Assembly (NCBI GenBank): GCA_000002435.2
Contig: CM018790.1
Direction: 5' to 3' (one strand)
DNA: 64,000 nucleotides
Origin: Giardia intestinalis
Lineage: Eukaryota
In this document: in pieces, positions 29,015 to 40,062 of the stretch
How positions within the stretch are numbered: the first letter of the stretch is position 1
Layout of the letters: the number at the start of each line of letters is the position of its first letter
The notes under the pieces: model-generated
Told to the model about the DNA's origin: nothing
Database searches by the model: none
The model's input: the letters and a program-made list of their open reading frames with translations, nothing else
Translations under genes and position numbers: made by a program

Positions 29015-29281
29015 ATGGCGACAAGCGATCTCGATAACGACAGACCGGGTCTCTTCCTCACGGACACCATCAGAGAGCGGGAGCAATTGATGGGGAAGCC
29101 TGTCTACAATGGGGAGCTCATCTACAACGTGAACATAGATGAGCTTCCGGACAAACCGTGGCGCAGCAGAGACTGCACTCCGGCGAAGCTTTCTCAGTAT
29201 TTCAACTATGGGTTCGATGAAGCCACCTGGCGCCTCTATTGTAAGCTACGCAAGGAAGAGGAGGAGAAGCGCTCTAAGTGA
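29015..29281 (+). CDS. Fip1-motif protein (pre-mRNA 3'-end processing factor Fip1 homolog, minimal 88 aa)
   Basis: DELPDKPWRSRDCTPAKLSQYFNYGFDEATWRLYC matches the Fip1 domain consensus [28 protein letters not shown]. ATG at 29015 after caaaaaataat. Confidence 0.7.
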   Translation: MATSDLDNDRPGLFLTDTIREREQLMGKPVYNGELIYNVNIDELPDKPWRSRDCTPAKLSQYFNYGFDEATWRLYCKLRKEEEEKRSK

Positions 29282-29436
29282 CCGGCCTCTCGCCCTTGTG
29301 CACACTCTGGTTAACTGTCATTAGTATTATTGTACTGCTGGACTGGCCCGTCCGGTGAAGTTGTAAATCTGTTCTCTCTTTGTTTTCTGACCAGGTTTTT
29401 TAATTCGCCTCTTTAGCAGGCCTTAGATCTAACTCG

Positions 29437-32400
29437 ATGGCGTCCACTCCGGTAAGCGCGGAACCGGCGCGTCCGTACCTAGAGCCGGTCGCCGTGTATG
29501 GACTTAACCTCGCTGTCCGGACCCCTCTTTTCTTCACCGAGGACCACCAGAAGGTTTGCTTCATTGCGGGCCGGATGATTATTCTGCATAATATTCAGAC
29601 AAACACTTATGACTTCGTTCAATTAGACGGTACTATAAACAATGTTGTCCATCTCGCTTTCTCGGTCACTAGAAGACTCCTGGCATTTGTGGTTAACACG
29701 GATAACATGCCAAAAATACACATATATTCCTTGAGGCACAAGGCACGTGTAGCTATGATAAACGTCCCCGATGGGCAAGGGCTCTCAGGGATAGTCACCA
29801 GCATTTCGTTTTCTCTGGAGGACCGGTTCCTGCTGGTACAGCTGGCGCCGCCAGAATGGCCTATCATTGTCTGGGCAATCCCACCATTTATTAACGAGAA
29901 CGCTTCGATGCATGGAGACATCAAGCCAATCAAAAACGTTTACGTTGTTCCAAAGCCATACGCTCTCTTCAAGTCACAGCGAGAAATTTCAGCTTCTTAT
30001 TTTTCTCCCTTGCAGACTAACGTGATTCACGGGATTGCACCTCAGAACATGCAATTTTTGATACTGCAGGATGGCTTAATCAAGGCCGTGAGCATTTTCA
30101 GTCTCAAGCGGATGGTAGGCACATTTATGGCCCCGGTTGTCATGAGGCACCAAGATAAGGAGTTCAGTTTGCTTCCCATCAAGCAGACAGGAGAGATTCT
30201 GGTGCTTCGAAAGGATCATCTCTGCTGCTTTATTCCCAGCGACATGATATTTGGCCAAATAGTTCTTAGAGATCCTATCTTTGAAACGACCTCGCAGCAA
30301 TACGGCAAGATGACAAGATTCACTATTAGAAATCACCTGGACGTGTTGTCTGCAGATCCCAATGTCAGGGAAGAGATAACGTGTCTTAAGCTCCTACAGG
30401 ATGACATGATCATGGTTGGCTCCTCTTTTGGCCGCATAATCATCTATCAGATATTGAATTTTGAACCCCCGGTCCCATCCGCAATCGGAACTGATTTACC
30501 AGGAGCACAGAGCAGTATCACAGGTTCTTCTGCGGGAGCGCCATCTGACCCTCGCCAAGAACATGCTATAATGATGCCTTGCAAGGCGTCTGGGGGCATG
30601 ACTTTGCGCTTGCCAATCCTTCTTGTTCTACGCTCCATTCTTCTACCATGCAACTTCAACGCAGTTCTCTCTGTAGATATCTGCCCGAAAACAAGACGTG
30701 TGCTTGTATATACAGATGCAGGATACGTATTTGTTTCTAACAGCTTAACTCGTGATTCTATTCTGCACACTCTAGATTGCCAGCAGAGGCTTTTCATGGA
30801 TGAATTCAAGACTGAGCAAGCCAATTTGACAGGCACTAACATCTTAAATGTCACGGTTCCTATGGAATCTCCCAGTCCACTTGGGCTTAACAACAAATCT
30901 TTTGCTTCTGGCAGCGCGCTCAGGCTATCTGCAACATCGCCTCCCAGCTCTTCTACAATGCTCTTCAAGCAAACCATTCAGAATAGCGTTACAACTGAAA
31001 TCTTGGCGTTGGCTTATGAAACGATTAAGAAAATACGCTATCTAATTAGGATTCCTAGATCAATATCTAACGTCTACAATATGATTTCTCTTATCAACCC
31101 GATCAAAGCCTTGACAGGCACGGTTGCAAACGTAAAGCCGCACTCCCAAGCAACTCAGCTAGAGACGGAGTTCTACCAGAGCCCACAGACGTGGCCTTCT
31201 GCAATCATAAGCACATCTATCTTCTGCCCGTTTACCTCGTACTATCAGATACCCTCAACGATAGTTGCGTCGGTCGCGCACCAAGGTGTGACCTTGAACG
31301 GAGTATTGATGGACCCATCCCAGTGCTGCACAGGCTATTCATTTGGCCAGGAGCTACATATGAAGGGTGTCCCTATAACCGCTATTTCTGCTTCGGACGA
31401 GACGGGCTATGTGGCGATTGGAAACGACAATGGAGAAGTCACCGTTTTGAATGCTATCTCTAGCACGTTTGTCGCTGCATGGAGCTGGGCCCTTCCTGCA
31501 ATCTACTTTGAAAATAAGCGCTTTGATACTGTCCCAGAGCCCTCTGTTACTAAGCTTCTCGCGGATAGTCCCGCCACAAATGCACCATGTGCACCCCCGT
31601 CGCAGTTCAACCGCTCCACGCTTCAGTTGACCAATGCGTCTGCCCCTTCAGAGAACGCATTTGATGGATTGGCCGTGACCAACACAACTAACGAGGTGAC
31701 CAAGACAGACCTATTCTCAGCCTCAGCGCAGAATCAGGCTAACACTCCTGATGCAAACAGCCAGGAGACAATGGCGACTACTGACTTTGTTATGAAGACG
31801 GTCGAGAGCCTCAGAGGAATGCCTGCGTTTACCATCACTTCGCTGAAGCTTCACCCCTCTGGAAGGCACCTGTTGGTGTCTGCCCGCAGCAAGCGGGACT
31901 TGGGGTTTTCTCTGGCGCAGGAGAAACCATCCAGAACAGCAAAGGCCAACAAAGGATATTGTGTCTGTATCCTCCACATTGTAGACTCTTATATGGAATG
32001 CATCTCAGTAATAGACTGTGATTCTCCTTGTCTGGGCATTGACTTTGATAAGACGGGCAATTATCTTTACCTTCTATCCTATAGAAGCGTGTACGTGTTC
32101 TCCTTCCTGGAAATTAGGCTTGTCAAACGCATAAATCTGTCTCAGCGGTTCGCCTTCTTGCCCCGTCCTAACGATTTTCCATCGTTTTCGCCACAAGATA
32201 TGCAAAAGTATAAGCAAAGCTTACAGCTCATAAAGCGGGATGCTAAGCCGACCTGCATGGCTATAAGCACAAGGCTTCTTGTTGCGGTGGCCTTTACAGA
32301 CGGCGATGTGTGCCTCTTTAGTTCTCTTGACGGCGCCCTGCTAAACCGCTATCTCACAGGTGGGTTCTTTTTCAATGCCGATCTTGCTCCCAAAGCCCAG

Positions 32401-35400
32401 CAGCCTGTGTATGGCCAGGAGCAGCGTACCAGCCCACTTAGCAACGAAACAGTCACTGAGGCCACACTCCGTGAAGAATTTGATAAATTAGCCGAAATAG
32501 ACTCGGCCCTCGGCGGTAAAGATAGGCGCCAGACAGGAATCAACCCCATTCTTAAGAAAAGGGCGGCGACAATCCTTTCTACATATGTCACTAAGCTGTC
32601 GTTTATAGAAGCATTGAACTTTTCTCCACAGGGCCGTTCAAGATTTACTGCAACGCAGGGTGATAAGCTAGCTTACACGCCACTACTAGCTATCCTAGCA
32701 GACGGAACTGCTGTTGAGTTGGATTTCCTGCAACAGATGTGGACAATTGGACGATTGGGACACAGGCCGGATGATGGGAAGATCGACCTGGTTTCCTTGA
32801 CCGCGGCAAAGCTGATTGGCCAGCTGGTGCCCAGTACTACTTCTACTGAGGATAGAATAAAGTCGGAGGGAAAAGTAAGAGACACGACAAGGGGCTGTGT
32901 TGACGTTCCGGAAAATCCTGCTGATAACCCCCTCTTAGCCGAGTATGATAACAGCCGGTTCTCTGTGACGCCAACCTTCCCTCGCACCATAGCAAGCTCC
33001 AGCCACAATAGCAGTACTGTTTTAAATAATACAGACACACTCGGCATGGTGTCCACGAAGGGGATCCTTGGACGCACCACAGCAACAGTTGGTAGCAGTG
33101 CGACGCATGGAGAAAGACGAGGCGCGTTCTCCCTGCCAGTGACTGCGATTTACCAACTCTATAATTCGCAGTACCCCGTTGCTATCAACGAAGACAATTA
33201 CCTGTCTTTCGAGATGTTCAAGGCCACGTACCTGAACTCATTGTCTCTCACACATGGAATTGAGGCGTACTCTTCTTGGGTTAAGCTAACCCCACCCATT
33301 ATCACAGAGGCGATTAACGAAACAGGCACACGTGCAATGCTGGGGAAGTTTCTCAATGATGAAGGTGTATTCAATAGTTTGCTGATGAATCCTCACCTTT
33401 TGAACGCTACCAGCACGCTGATAGTGTCTGGATCTGTTACCGGGACCGTTGTTCTTCACCCATATCCAGTGATAGATCAAGTTACCGGGGAGTACAAGCC
33501 GACACACTACAACACGAGGCTCCATGGCGCCCCCGTTAGTCACACGGCTATTGTTCGCGGATCGTACATAGTGAGCTGCAGTGTTGACGGTATGATACTG
33601 ATTTCAAGAATCCGCTACCCAGGGCTTCCGTTTATGACCAAGCCGGTTCCGCGTTCTTCCTTGGGGCTCAATCATATCGTCCGCTCGCGGAAGCACCAGG
33701 AGACACTTGATCTCCTTTTCTTCGAGCTTCTGACCCGTACCCTTCTAATGAAGCAGGCGTCCTTGACGTCAATATATGAAATAACTCATGCATCAGAAAC
33801 CCAACTTAAGCAGCTTATGGAAAGGTTCTTTGAGGCGAAGAAGGACAGCGTGAAGGCGCTTTCTGGTGCTTTCATGCGCCGCGACCGCATGCTCAAGAGA
33901 CGAACAGAGATTATGATAGACCGTGACATGAAACAAAATGTATTGCTTCGCGAACTAGTCAAGAGTTTTGAAGAACAGTTGTCATCACTCCAGTATGAGA
34001 AGAACAGATTGATTGAACGCTTAATACACAATGAGGAAAGTCATGGCAATCAGATCAAAGAATTAAAGATAGAAATGGAGGAGTCCGTGCAGAAGGAGAA
34101 GCTGCTCACGAAGAAGACTACGGAAGACCTCCAGGCACAGCTCAATAGCCTTTTCGAAGACGAGAGGCTACTCCGCGATCAAACAGAGCAGTGTGTGGAT
34201 GAAGCCAACAAGTCTCTTGAGACCGAAGTGATGGCATTAAAGATGAAGTTTCTTAAAACGGTCACCGCAGAAGTTTCCAATGTCTCAGACCTACGTGCCT
34301 CCCACAAAGAGTTAGAAAAAGAATTTGCCAATGTGATGAAGGACACATCTAGCAAAAAGACTGCGCTGACTCGAGCCCGAACTGAAAGTGGGCAAGCGCT
34401 ACAAGCTCTCCGCGTCGCCAAGGATACGCTAGAGCACTTGAAGGCAGACATTGTCGACCGAAACGCCACAATAGCTGAAAAGGGGCGCGTCTACCAAAGT
34501 ATCCAAAAGGAGAAGGTTGACCTGGAGAAAGTTGGCATGATCCTAAAGAACAGATCCTCTGAGCTAAAGGAGTGTATTGCTCCCAGAGACAACCTTCTGG
34601 CAGAGCTAGCAACTCAAGCGAACGAGATGGATGCTGAGCTGTTGAGGGATCAACAAAAGAGATACGAAAGCAATCTTACTATCTCGGAGTTGAGGCTACG
34701 TCGCCAAGGTCTGTCAAAGGAGCTGGCCAATAAAAAGGAGAAAATCGTGGCAGCAGAGGAGAGCATACTATTCATTCTCAACGATATACAGAACATATAT
34801 CGCAATGCGCTGTCTAACGAGGCAAAGGGGAAAGAGCTAGAAAGCTTGCGCAATGGATCCAAGGTGAACCATCATATTCTGGCAGAAGCTCTTAAAATAA
34901 GCAATAGTAATAGCAGGAACCACAAACCAAACGTGCCAGGTGAACAAAGGGCATCTAGTACTTCTGATGCGGGATCTCCTTTCAAAAAAGTGCATGTGAG
35001 CACAGCATACACGATGGCAACATCCATCGTAAATTCTGGAAATGTTGGGACAGCGCGGTCTTTCCAGCTGAGTCCTCAGCGCCGATCGGTTTCGTCCATG
35101 AACACCACTAAGTCGTCTGCAAGGTCTGGCACAGGGTCAGGGAGGAGCAGCGTTTTAGAGACGCGGCATCTGGACATGACAGGCAGTGACAAAGACGGCA
35201 CACGCAACCGTCGTACAGCCAGCGCTGCTAGTAGTGCCGTATCTTCCGCCACCAAAGGGTCTGACGACTTCACCATGACAGCTATTGCGCAAGCCCTATC
35301 ACGTACTGGGGAGACTGTCAAGGACATTTACGACACTAGTATAAAGTACATGCAGCTCGTCGAGCAAGAGCGCGAATTTCATACCAAGTGCACCAAGGGC

Positions 35401-36315
35401 ATAAGCAACTCCATCCACTCTCTATACCTTAAGCATTGCTGTGAGAACAGTAAGTCCAGCAAGTCTCTGCTAAGTGAGGCGTTAGAGCTACGAAACGATC
35501 CACTAACACAGGTATCCACTCTGCTATCTACGCAGAAGACCATCATGTCTGACGAGATGCTAGCCAGGCAGAGGACGTATCTAGAGCGTTCTGTAGCAAC
35601 ACTTGAGAAGTCGCTTGAGCGGCAGAAGCTGCAACTCTCCCAGGCAATTGAGAAGGCAAGGCTACACTCCAGCGAGCTACTCGCTCTCTCCAATCTGATG
35701 CGCCGTGAAAACAAGAGGTTACAGCAACAGCTGCGCGCGGCGAAGTTAGAGTTGATCAAAAAGAGGCAGTCTTCGGCATTGTACCAGAGTGCTGACCCTA
35801 GCTTCAGCAAAACTGTTAGCAAGGCCGTGATTCAGATAGAAGATGAGATTAGACAGCAGACAGAGAAGATGGAGACAGATAGCACGGAGGATACGCTTGG
35901 AATATTCGATGAAGCGTTCAAGCGGCCCATCGGAAGTGTATCGTTTACCACCCCTGGAAACATCACCAGCCTTGATGCCTTGCAGCTAGAACCGACAGAA
36001 TTAGAGGAGTATCTGAATACAAACTTTCCCATTTCTCGCTCACCATCACCATCATCAACGTCTCCGCAACCTCCGGGACCCCCTCAGTTTCTTACTGCTG
36101 ATAAGCCTGTAATATTGCCGACGTTACCAGCTCGGGGAAGAGAAGCAAGCGACTCTAGCTCAAACCCGATTGCAATTCAGTCCAGACCCGGCTCAAGGTT
36201 AGAGAACTTAGGTATAGGCGAGCTGCACGAGAGCTCAGAAATAAGTGGGATTTCTTCGAAGCACATAAGTGGAAGCGCAAGGGTGTCCCTGCCTCCGCTG
36301 GCTCGTGTAAAATGA
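29437..36315 (+). CDS. giant protein (2292 aa): N-terminal WD40-like beta-propeller region, long central region, C-terminal coiled coil (about 1400-1900) and Ser-rich tail; possible flagellar/cytoskeletal (CFAP43/44-like architecture)
   Basis: Single uninterrupted ORF from the ATG at 29437. N-terminus looks like propeller repeats (VAVYGLNLAV...IHIYSL...). C-terminus has extended heptad E/K/L/Q-rich sequence. AGTAAAT lies right after the stop. Confidence 0.6.
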   Translation: MASTPVSAEPARPYLEPVAVYGLNLAVRTPLFFTEDHQKVCFIAGRMIILHNIQTNTYDFVQLDGTINNVVHLAFSVTRRLLAFVVNTDNMPKIHIYSLRHKARVAMINVPDGQGLSGIVTSISFSLEDRFLLVQLAPPEWPIIVWAIPPFINENASMHGDIKPIKNVYVVPKPYALFKSQREISASYFSPLQTNVIHGIAPQNMQFLILQDGLIKAVSIFSLKRMVGTFMAPVVMRHQDKEFSLLPIKQTGEILVLRKDHLCCFIPSDMIFGQIVLRDPIFETTSQQYGKMTRFTIRNHLDVLSADPNVREEITCLKLLQDDMIMVGSSFGRIIIYQILNFEPPVPSAIGTDLPGAQSSITGSSAGAPSDPRQEHAIMMPCKASGGMTLRLPILLVLRSILLPCNFNAVLSVDICPKTRRVLVYTDAGYVFVSNSLTRDSILHTLDCQQRLFMDEFKTEQANLTGTNILNVTVPMESPSPLGLNNKSFASGSALRLSATSPPSSSTMLFKQTIQNSVTTEILALAYETIKKIRYLIRIPRSISNVYNMISLINPIKALTGTVANVKPHSQATQLETEFYQSPQTWPSAIISTSIFCPFTSYYQIPSTIVASVAHQGVTLNGVLMDPSQCCTGYSFGQELHMKGVPITAISASDETGYVAIGNDNGEVTVLNAISSTFVAAWSWALPAIYFENKRFDTVPEPSVTKLLADSPATNAPCAPPSQFNRSTLQLTNASAPSENAFDGLAVTNTTNEVTKTDLFSASAQNQANTPDANSQETMATTDFVMKTVESLRGMPAFTITSLKLHPSGRHLLVSARSKRDLGFSLAQEKPSRTAKANKGYCVCILHIVDSYMECISVIDCDSPCLGIDFDKTGNYLYLLSYRSVYVFSFLEIRLVKRINLSQRFAFLPRPNDFPSFSPQDMQKYKQSLQLIKRDAKPTCMAISTRLLVAVAFTDGDVCLFSSLDGALLNRYLTGGFFFNADLAPKAQQPVYGQEQRTSPLSNETVTEATLREEFDKLAEIDSALGGKDRRQTGINPILKKRAATILSTYVTKLSFIEALNFSPQGRSRFTATQGDKLAYTPLLAILADGTAVELDFLQQMWTIGRLGHRPDDGKIDLVSLTAAKLIGQLVPSTTSTEDRIKSEGKVRDTTRGCVDVPENPADNPLLAEYDNSRFSVTPTFPRTIASSSHNSSTVLNNTDTLGMVSTKGILGRTTATVGSSATHGERRGAFSLPVTAIYQLYNSQYPVAINEDNYLSFEMFKATYLNSLSLTHGIEAYSSWVKLTPPIITEAINETGTRAMLGKFLNDEGVFNSLLMNPHLLNATSTLIVSGSVTGTVVLHPYPVIDQVTGEYKPTHYNTRLHGAPVSHTAIVRGSYIVSCSVDGMILISRIRYPGLPFMTKPVPRSSLGLNHIVRSRKHQETLDLLFFELLTRTLLMKQASLTSIYEITHASETQLKQLMERFFEAKKDSVKALSGAFMRRDRMLKRRTEIMIDRDMKQNVLLRELVKSFEEQLSSLQYEKNRLIERLIHNEESHGNQIKELKIEMEESVQKEKLLTKKTTEDLQAQLNSLFEDERLLRDQTEQCVDEANKSLETEVMALKMKFLKTVTAEVSNVSDLRASHKELEKEFANVMKDTSSKKTALTRARTESGQALQALRVAKDTLEHLKADIVDRNATIAEKGRVYQSIQKEKVDLEKVGMILKNRSSELKECIAPRDNLLAELATQANEMDAELLRDQQKRYESNLTISELRLRRQGLSKELANKKEKIVAAEESILFILNDIQNIYRNALSNEAKGKELESLRNGSKVNHHILAEALKISNSNSRNHKPNVPGEQRASSTSDAGSPFKKVHVSTAYTMATSIVNSGNVGTARSFQLSPQRRSVSSMNTTKSSARSGTGSGRSSVLETRHLDMTGSDKDGTRNRRTASAASSAVSSATKGSDDFTMTAIAQALSRTGETVKDIYDTSIKYMQLVEQEREFHTKCTKGISNSIHSLYLKHCCENSKSSKSLLSEALELRNDPLTQVSTLLSTQKTIMSDEMLARQRTYLERSVATLEKSLERQKLQLSQAIEKARLHSSELLALSNLMRRENKRLQQQLRAAKLELIKKRQSSALYQSADPSFSKTVSKAVIQIEDEIRQQTEKMETDSTEDTLGIFDEAFKRPIGSVSFTTPGNITSLDALQLEPTELEEYLNTNFPISRSPSPSSTSPQPPGPPQFLTADKPVILPTLPARGREASDSSSNPIAIQSRPGSRLENLGIGELHESSEISGISSKHISGSARVSLPPLARVK

Positions 36316-36322
36316 AGTAAAT
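36316..36322 (+). promoter_or_regulatory. putative polyadenylation signal AGTAAAT (Giardia AGTRAAY consensus) immediately after the stop of the 2292-aa gene
   Basis: tgaAGTAAATgcgc, stop at 36313-36315. The motif assignment rests on the published Giardia consensus, not verified here. Confidence 0.4.
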
Positions 36323-36338
36323 GCGCTAAATCAAAAAA

Positions 36339-39300
36339 ATGGCTTCGGTGCCCTACCTTCCGCCTCCTCTCACACCCCTGAACATTATCGGAGACACCGC
36401 TTATACCACAGTTTATGAGGCGAAGGACTCTGATACGGGAGCAATACGCGCTTGCAAGGTCGCGAACTACTCGGACGTGGCGGAACTCACCCACGAGGAT
36501 ATGGCACAGATAATGCTAATGTATTGTCACTTCATGGATACCCACGTCGTCCACATCTATTCTGCAACGTCGGACGCGCGTCGTCACTCATACTACCTGG
36601 TCATGGAGGAATGTGTAGGAAACTTAGAAAATCTCGTTCAATATTACCGGCTCCACGAGGAAATCATTCCAGAGCCTCTTATCCTAGAGATCTTGGCACA
36701 GGTAATTTCTGCCACTGCATATCTGCACAACCCTCATAACAAGCAGTTTAAGGGTTATGCTGGAGACGTATACACAATCGGGTGCATAATACATCGTAGT
36801 ATCACTCCGTCGAACGTACTGATAGCTGAGAATGGCTACATTAAGCTGTCAGACATGCCCCCAGTCGAATCCCTCTTCCATCACGGTCTGCTTGCAAACT
36901 TCCGTGCCAAGTGTTCGTTCTGTGCACCAGAGCTCCTGTCAGAGATAGATGAGTACGATGAAAAGGTCGACGTTTGGTCCATTGGAGCCTTAGGTTACTA
37001 CCTATGCTCCCTGGCGCCTGTGGTGTCGGGCTCAGATTCTGCGCTCGTGTACCAGCGCATGAAGAGCTTGACGCCCAAAGACACCGCAATACCCAACGTT
37101 TATTCGAATTCCCTTCGGACACTAATACAAGAACTCTTAACTGTGGACCAGGACAAGAGACCAACTATCTTTGACGTAATCGTGCACCCTCTCATCGTCA
37201 GTGCCGCAGAATCTATTACCTCTGTTGGCCCACAGCCTCTCCCGTTGGAGTCTGTTCCGCGGACCTCACTGGACGCAGATAAGAGTCTCTACCACCAGGG
37301 CCATGACACGAGCATGAGCCAACAGAGCGGTATGTCCTCTGTTAGCCTCTTTAATCAGAGAATCACTGAGTCATACCTGAAAAATTGCGATAGCCCTGAT
37401 AAAGCAAAGATACTCCAGGACCGGCGGCGGCGGGAGTATGAGTTGGAGAAGGAGGAAGATGAAGAGTATGCCAGGCGGCAAGAGCTATATAAGCAATATG
37501 ACGAGGAGGCTAACAGTGAAAAGCGGTTGAAGGAGGAGAGCGCTCGCAGGGCAGATGCCAGCATCAATCCGTACACAGCTGCATTCTATGCCAACGACGC
37601 CTTCAGACAGACAAACAAGGACACAACAAACTACCAGGAGCAACCAGAAAGCCACACACGAGCCTCCCGTGCCCGCACATTTCACGAGATCGAAGTTTCA
37701 CCCAACTACAAGCATACTTGCACGGAGTCTGTCACAGCTCCCCTAAAGCTCACGTCCTTCAAAGCTTCTCTTCCTCAGGATAGTCGTAGTCCTTCCACCT
37801 ATGTCGGAATAGAAACGAACATAAAGGTGGCCGACACTCCGATGGGAGATCAATTCGCTGAGGCACAGCCACAGGACCTGGCCGGGGTGCGGAAGTCTCT
37901 GCTTAGCCAGAAGCGCACATACGACGCTATCAGGGACGAATTACACAATACCCCGCTCATAACGGCTGTGCTAGATGAAGATATCAACGGCGTCATGGCT
38001 AACTTATCATATGCTAAGGAGACCAACGCTCTTGGCAAGACGGCACTAATGTATGCAGCTGAGAGAAACTTCTGCTCGGCAGTTAAAGTCCTTGCGCCAT
38101 TGGAAGCAGGAATGGTTGATCCGAACGGTGTCTCTGCGCTTCAAATGGCCCTCTTGAACAACAGCCTAACTTCTGCCAAGATACTCACCCCGGCCGAAGG
38201 TTTTGATCTAAAGAATCCGGAAGAAGACGTTCTGGGCACGACCGAGCTCATGGTTGCAGCTCAGCGCGGAGATATTGTCACAGCGTGGTGCCTTCTGCCA
38301 TACCAAAGCAACAAGGCAGATCATCTAGGGAAGACAGCGCTGATCTATGCTCTGGAGAACGATTGGCCTGAGCTCGCCCGTATCCTTGCACCGAGAGAGG
38401 GTGGCTTTGCCTATAAACCAGGTTCCCTTACAGCCCTGCACATATGCGCAATGAAGAATTACGCTCCCGTCGCTGTAATACTTAGTGGTAAAGAGGCAGG
38501 CATCCGGACAAAGGACGGAGAAACAGCTCTGCACATAGCAACACGTAACAAGTTCTATGATGTCATGAAAGCGCTTGTAGACATCGAGGGCTGCATCACA
38601 AACGGCGACGGCTACACTGCACTTATGATAGCGGCACTCAACAACGACCCTGTTGGTGCGAACATTCTCGTCGCCAAAGAGGGATCGATATTGACTCCTG
38701 ACGGAAAATCTGCTCTCGAACTCGCCCTTGAGCGTTCTTACTTCGAGGTTGCAGAGGCCATAGCGCCCGAGGAAGCGTATAGATTCAAAAATATGAACGT
38801 AAATACAGATGGGGTAACAGACTTGATGATGGCCATTGAGAATAAGGACATTGTCGCAGCCTATTCTCTTATGCGTCAGAGTCGCCTTATGGACAATGAC
38901 AACACCTCTGCGCTGGTGCGGACTATCCAGACCCAATCAGTGGATGATCTCACTTCGAGCTTTGTGAAGATGCTGGCAGGAAAGGAATCGACGTTACGGC
39001 ATGATGTAATGGATAAGAAGCAGCTGTCCCCTCTTTCTATTGCAGTCCTTTCGGGGAACTACGAGGCTGCTGCGGAGTTGGCGAAGATTGATGGGATGAA
39101 TCCAGATAACTATGAGTGCCGCGGGATGCGCAAGACAGAGCTGATGCAGGTTGCCGAGGTCGGAGACATTGGGAACGTCTGGTGCCTGCGGTCACAAGCA
39201 GGGCTAACCGATAAAGATGGTACCACGGCCCTGATGTTAGCGGCGCAAAATGGACACCTGGAATGCGTCAAGTTGTTGTTTGAGTATGAAAAGGGGATGC

Positions 39301-40040
39301 GGCGCACCACAGATAATAGGAATGCTCTCGAGCTAGCCATAGAAAACGGGCACATAGAGATTTCCAAACTCCTAAACGACGCGGAAGGGACCGTCCCAGA
39401 CAAAGCGAAGTCCTACGGCTATTGTAAGACCGACCTGATCAATGCTGTCATTGCTAACAAGCCAGTCGACGTCTGGAGTTTGGCGGCGATACAAGCGCGG
39501 CTTCACGATGAGTACGGAAAGACTGCGCTGATGTATGCTGCAGAGAGAAACTTCACAAATCTCATCAAAATTCTTGTTGAGCCCGAGGCAGGGATGACCA
39601 TGCTGTCAGAGTGGCGTGGGGCGACTGCGCTAATGTGGGCAGCACGTCTCGGGCACTACGAGGCGTGTGAGCTTCTAGTCTCAGAGGCAGGTGCGCAGGA
39701 TAGCTATGGGATGACAGCCCTGATCTTGGCTGCAGAGGCAAACTTTGATAACGTGGTTCAGCTCCTAGTACAGTACGAGAAGGGAATACGGATGTTCAAC
39801 AGCCGCACTGCGTGCATGCGTGCAGCAGAGAACTTCTGCCTGGAGTCCCTGAGAATACTGTTGCCTGAGGAAGGCCATATGCTGCACCATACGGGAAAGT
39901 CGTGCTTAGACCTGGCTATGGACTCTAAGGTAGCAGTTGAACAGTCGCGTAGGTTTGCGTGTCTTTCGTTGCTCAAGAAGCACTACAAGGAGAATCCCGT
40001 ATCGACCGATAGCATTGAAGAGACAGTGCCTACTGTGTAA
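36339..40040 (+). CDS. NEK-like pseudokinase domain plus about 20 ankyrin repeats (Protein 21.1-like)
   Basis: Kinase fold with degenerate motifs: IGDTAYTTVY instead of GxGxxG, HRSITPSNVL instead of HRDxKxxN, LSDMPP instead of DFG. A long ANK array follows (TALMYAAERN..., TALMLAAQNGH... and others). ATG at 36339 after aaatcaaaaaa. Confidence 0.75.
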   Translation: MASVPYLPPPLTPLNIIGDTAYTTVYEAKDSDTGAIRACKVANYSDVAELTHEDMAQIMLMYCHFMDTHVVHIYSATSDARRHSYYLVMEECVGNLENLVQYYRLHEEIIPEPLILEILAQVISATAYLHNPHNKQFKGYAGDVYTIGCIIHRSITPSNVLIAENGYIKLSDMPPVESLFHHGLLANFRAKCSFCAPELLSEIDEYDEKVDVWSIGALGYYLCSLAPVVSGSDSALVYQRMKSLTPKDTAIPNVYSNSLRTLIQELLTVDQDKRPTIFDVIVHPLIVSAAESITSVGPQPLPLESVPRTSLDADKSLYHQGHDTSMSQQSGMSSVSLFNQRITESYLKNCDSPDKAKILQDRRRREYELEKEEDEEYARRQELYKQYDEEANSEKRLKEESARRADASINPYTAAFYANDAFRQTNKDTTNYQEQPESHTRASRARTFHEIEVSPNYKHTCTESVTAPLKLTSFKASLPQDSRSPSTYVGIETNIKVADTPMGDQFAEAQPQDLAGVRKSLLSQKRTYDAIRDELHNTPLITAVLDEDINGVMANLSYAKETNALGKTALMYAAERNFCSAVKVLAPLEAGMVDPNGVSALQMALLNNSLTSAKILTPAEGFDLKNPEEDVLGTTELMVAAQRGDIVTAWCLLPYQSNKADHLGKTALIYALENDWPELARILAPREGGFAYKPGSLTALHICAMKNYAPVAVILSGKEAGIRTKDGETALHIATRNKFYDVMKALVDIEGCITNGDGYTALMIAALNNDPVGANILVAKEGSILTPDGKSALELALERSYFEVAEAIAPEEAYRFKNMNVNTDGVTDLMMAIENKDIVAAYSLMRQSRLMDNDNTSALVRTIQTQSVDDLTSSFVKMLAGKESTLRHDVMDKKQLSPLSIAVLSGNYEAAAELAKIDGMNPDNYECRGMRKTELMQVAEVGDIGNVWCLRSQAGLTDKDGTTALMLAAQNGHLECVKLLFEYEKGMRRTTDNRNALELAIENGHIEISKLLNDAEGTVPDKAKSYGYCKTDLINAVIANKPVDVWSLAAIQARLHDEYGKTALMYAAERNFTNLIKILVEPEAGMTMLSEWRGATALMWAARLGHYEACELLVSEAGAQDSYGMTALILAAEANFDNVVQLLVQYEKGIRMFNSRTACMRAAENFCLESLRILLPEEGHMLHHTGKSCLDLAMDSKVAVEQSRRFACLSLLKKHYKENPVSTDSIEETVPTV

Positions 40041-40062
40041 ACTATCAAGTGATATAAAATAA

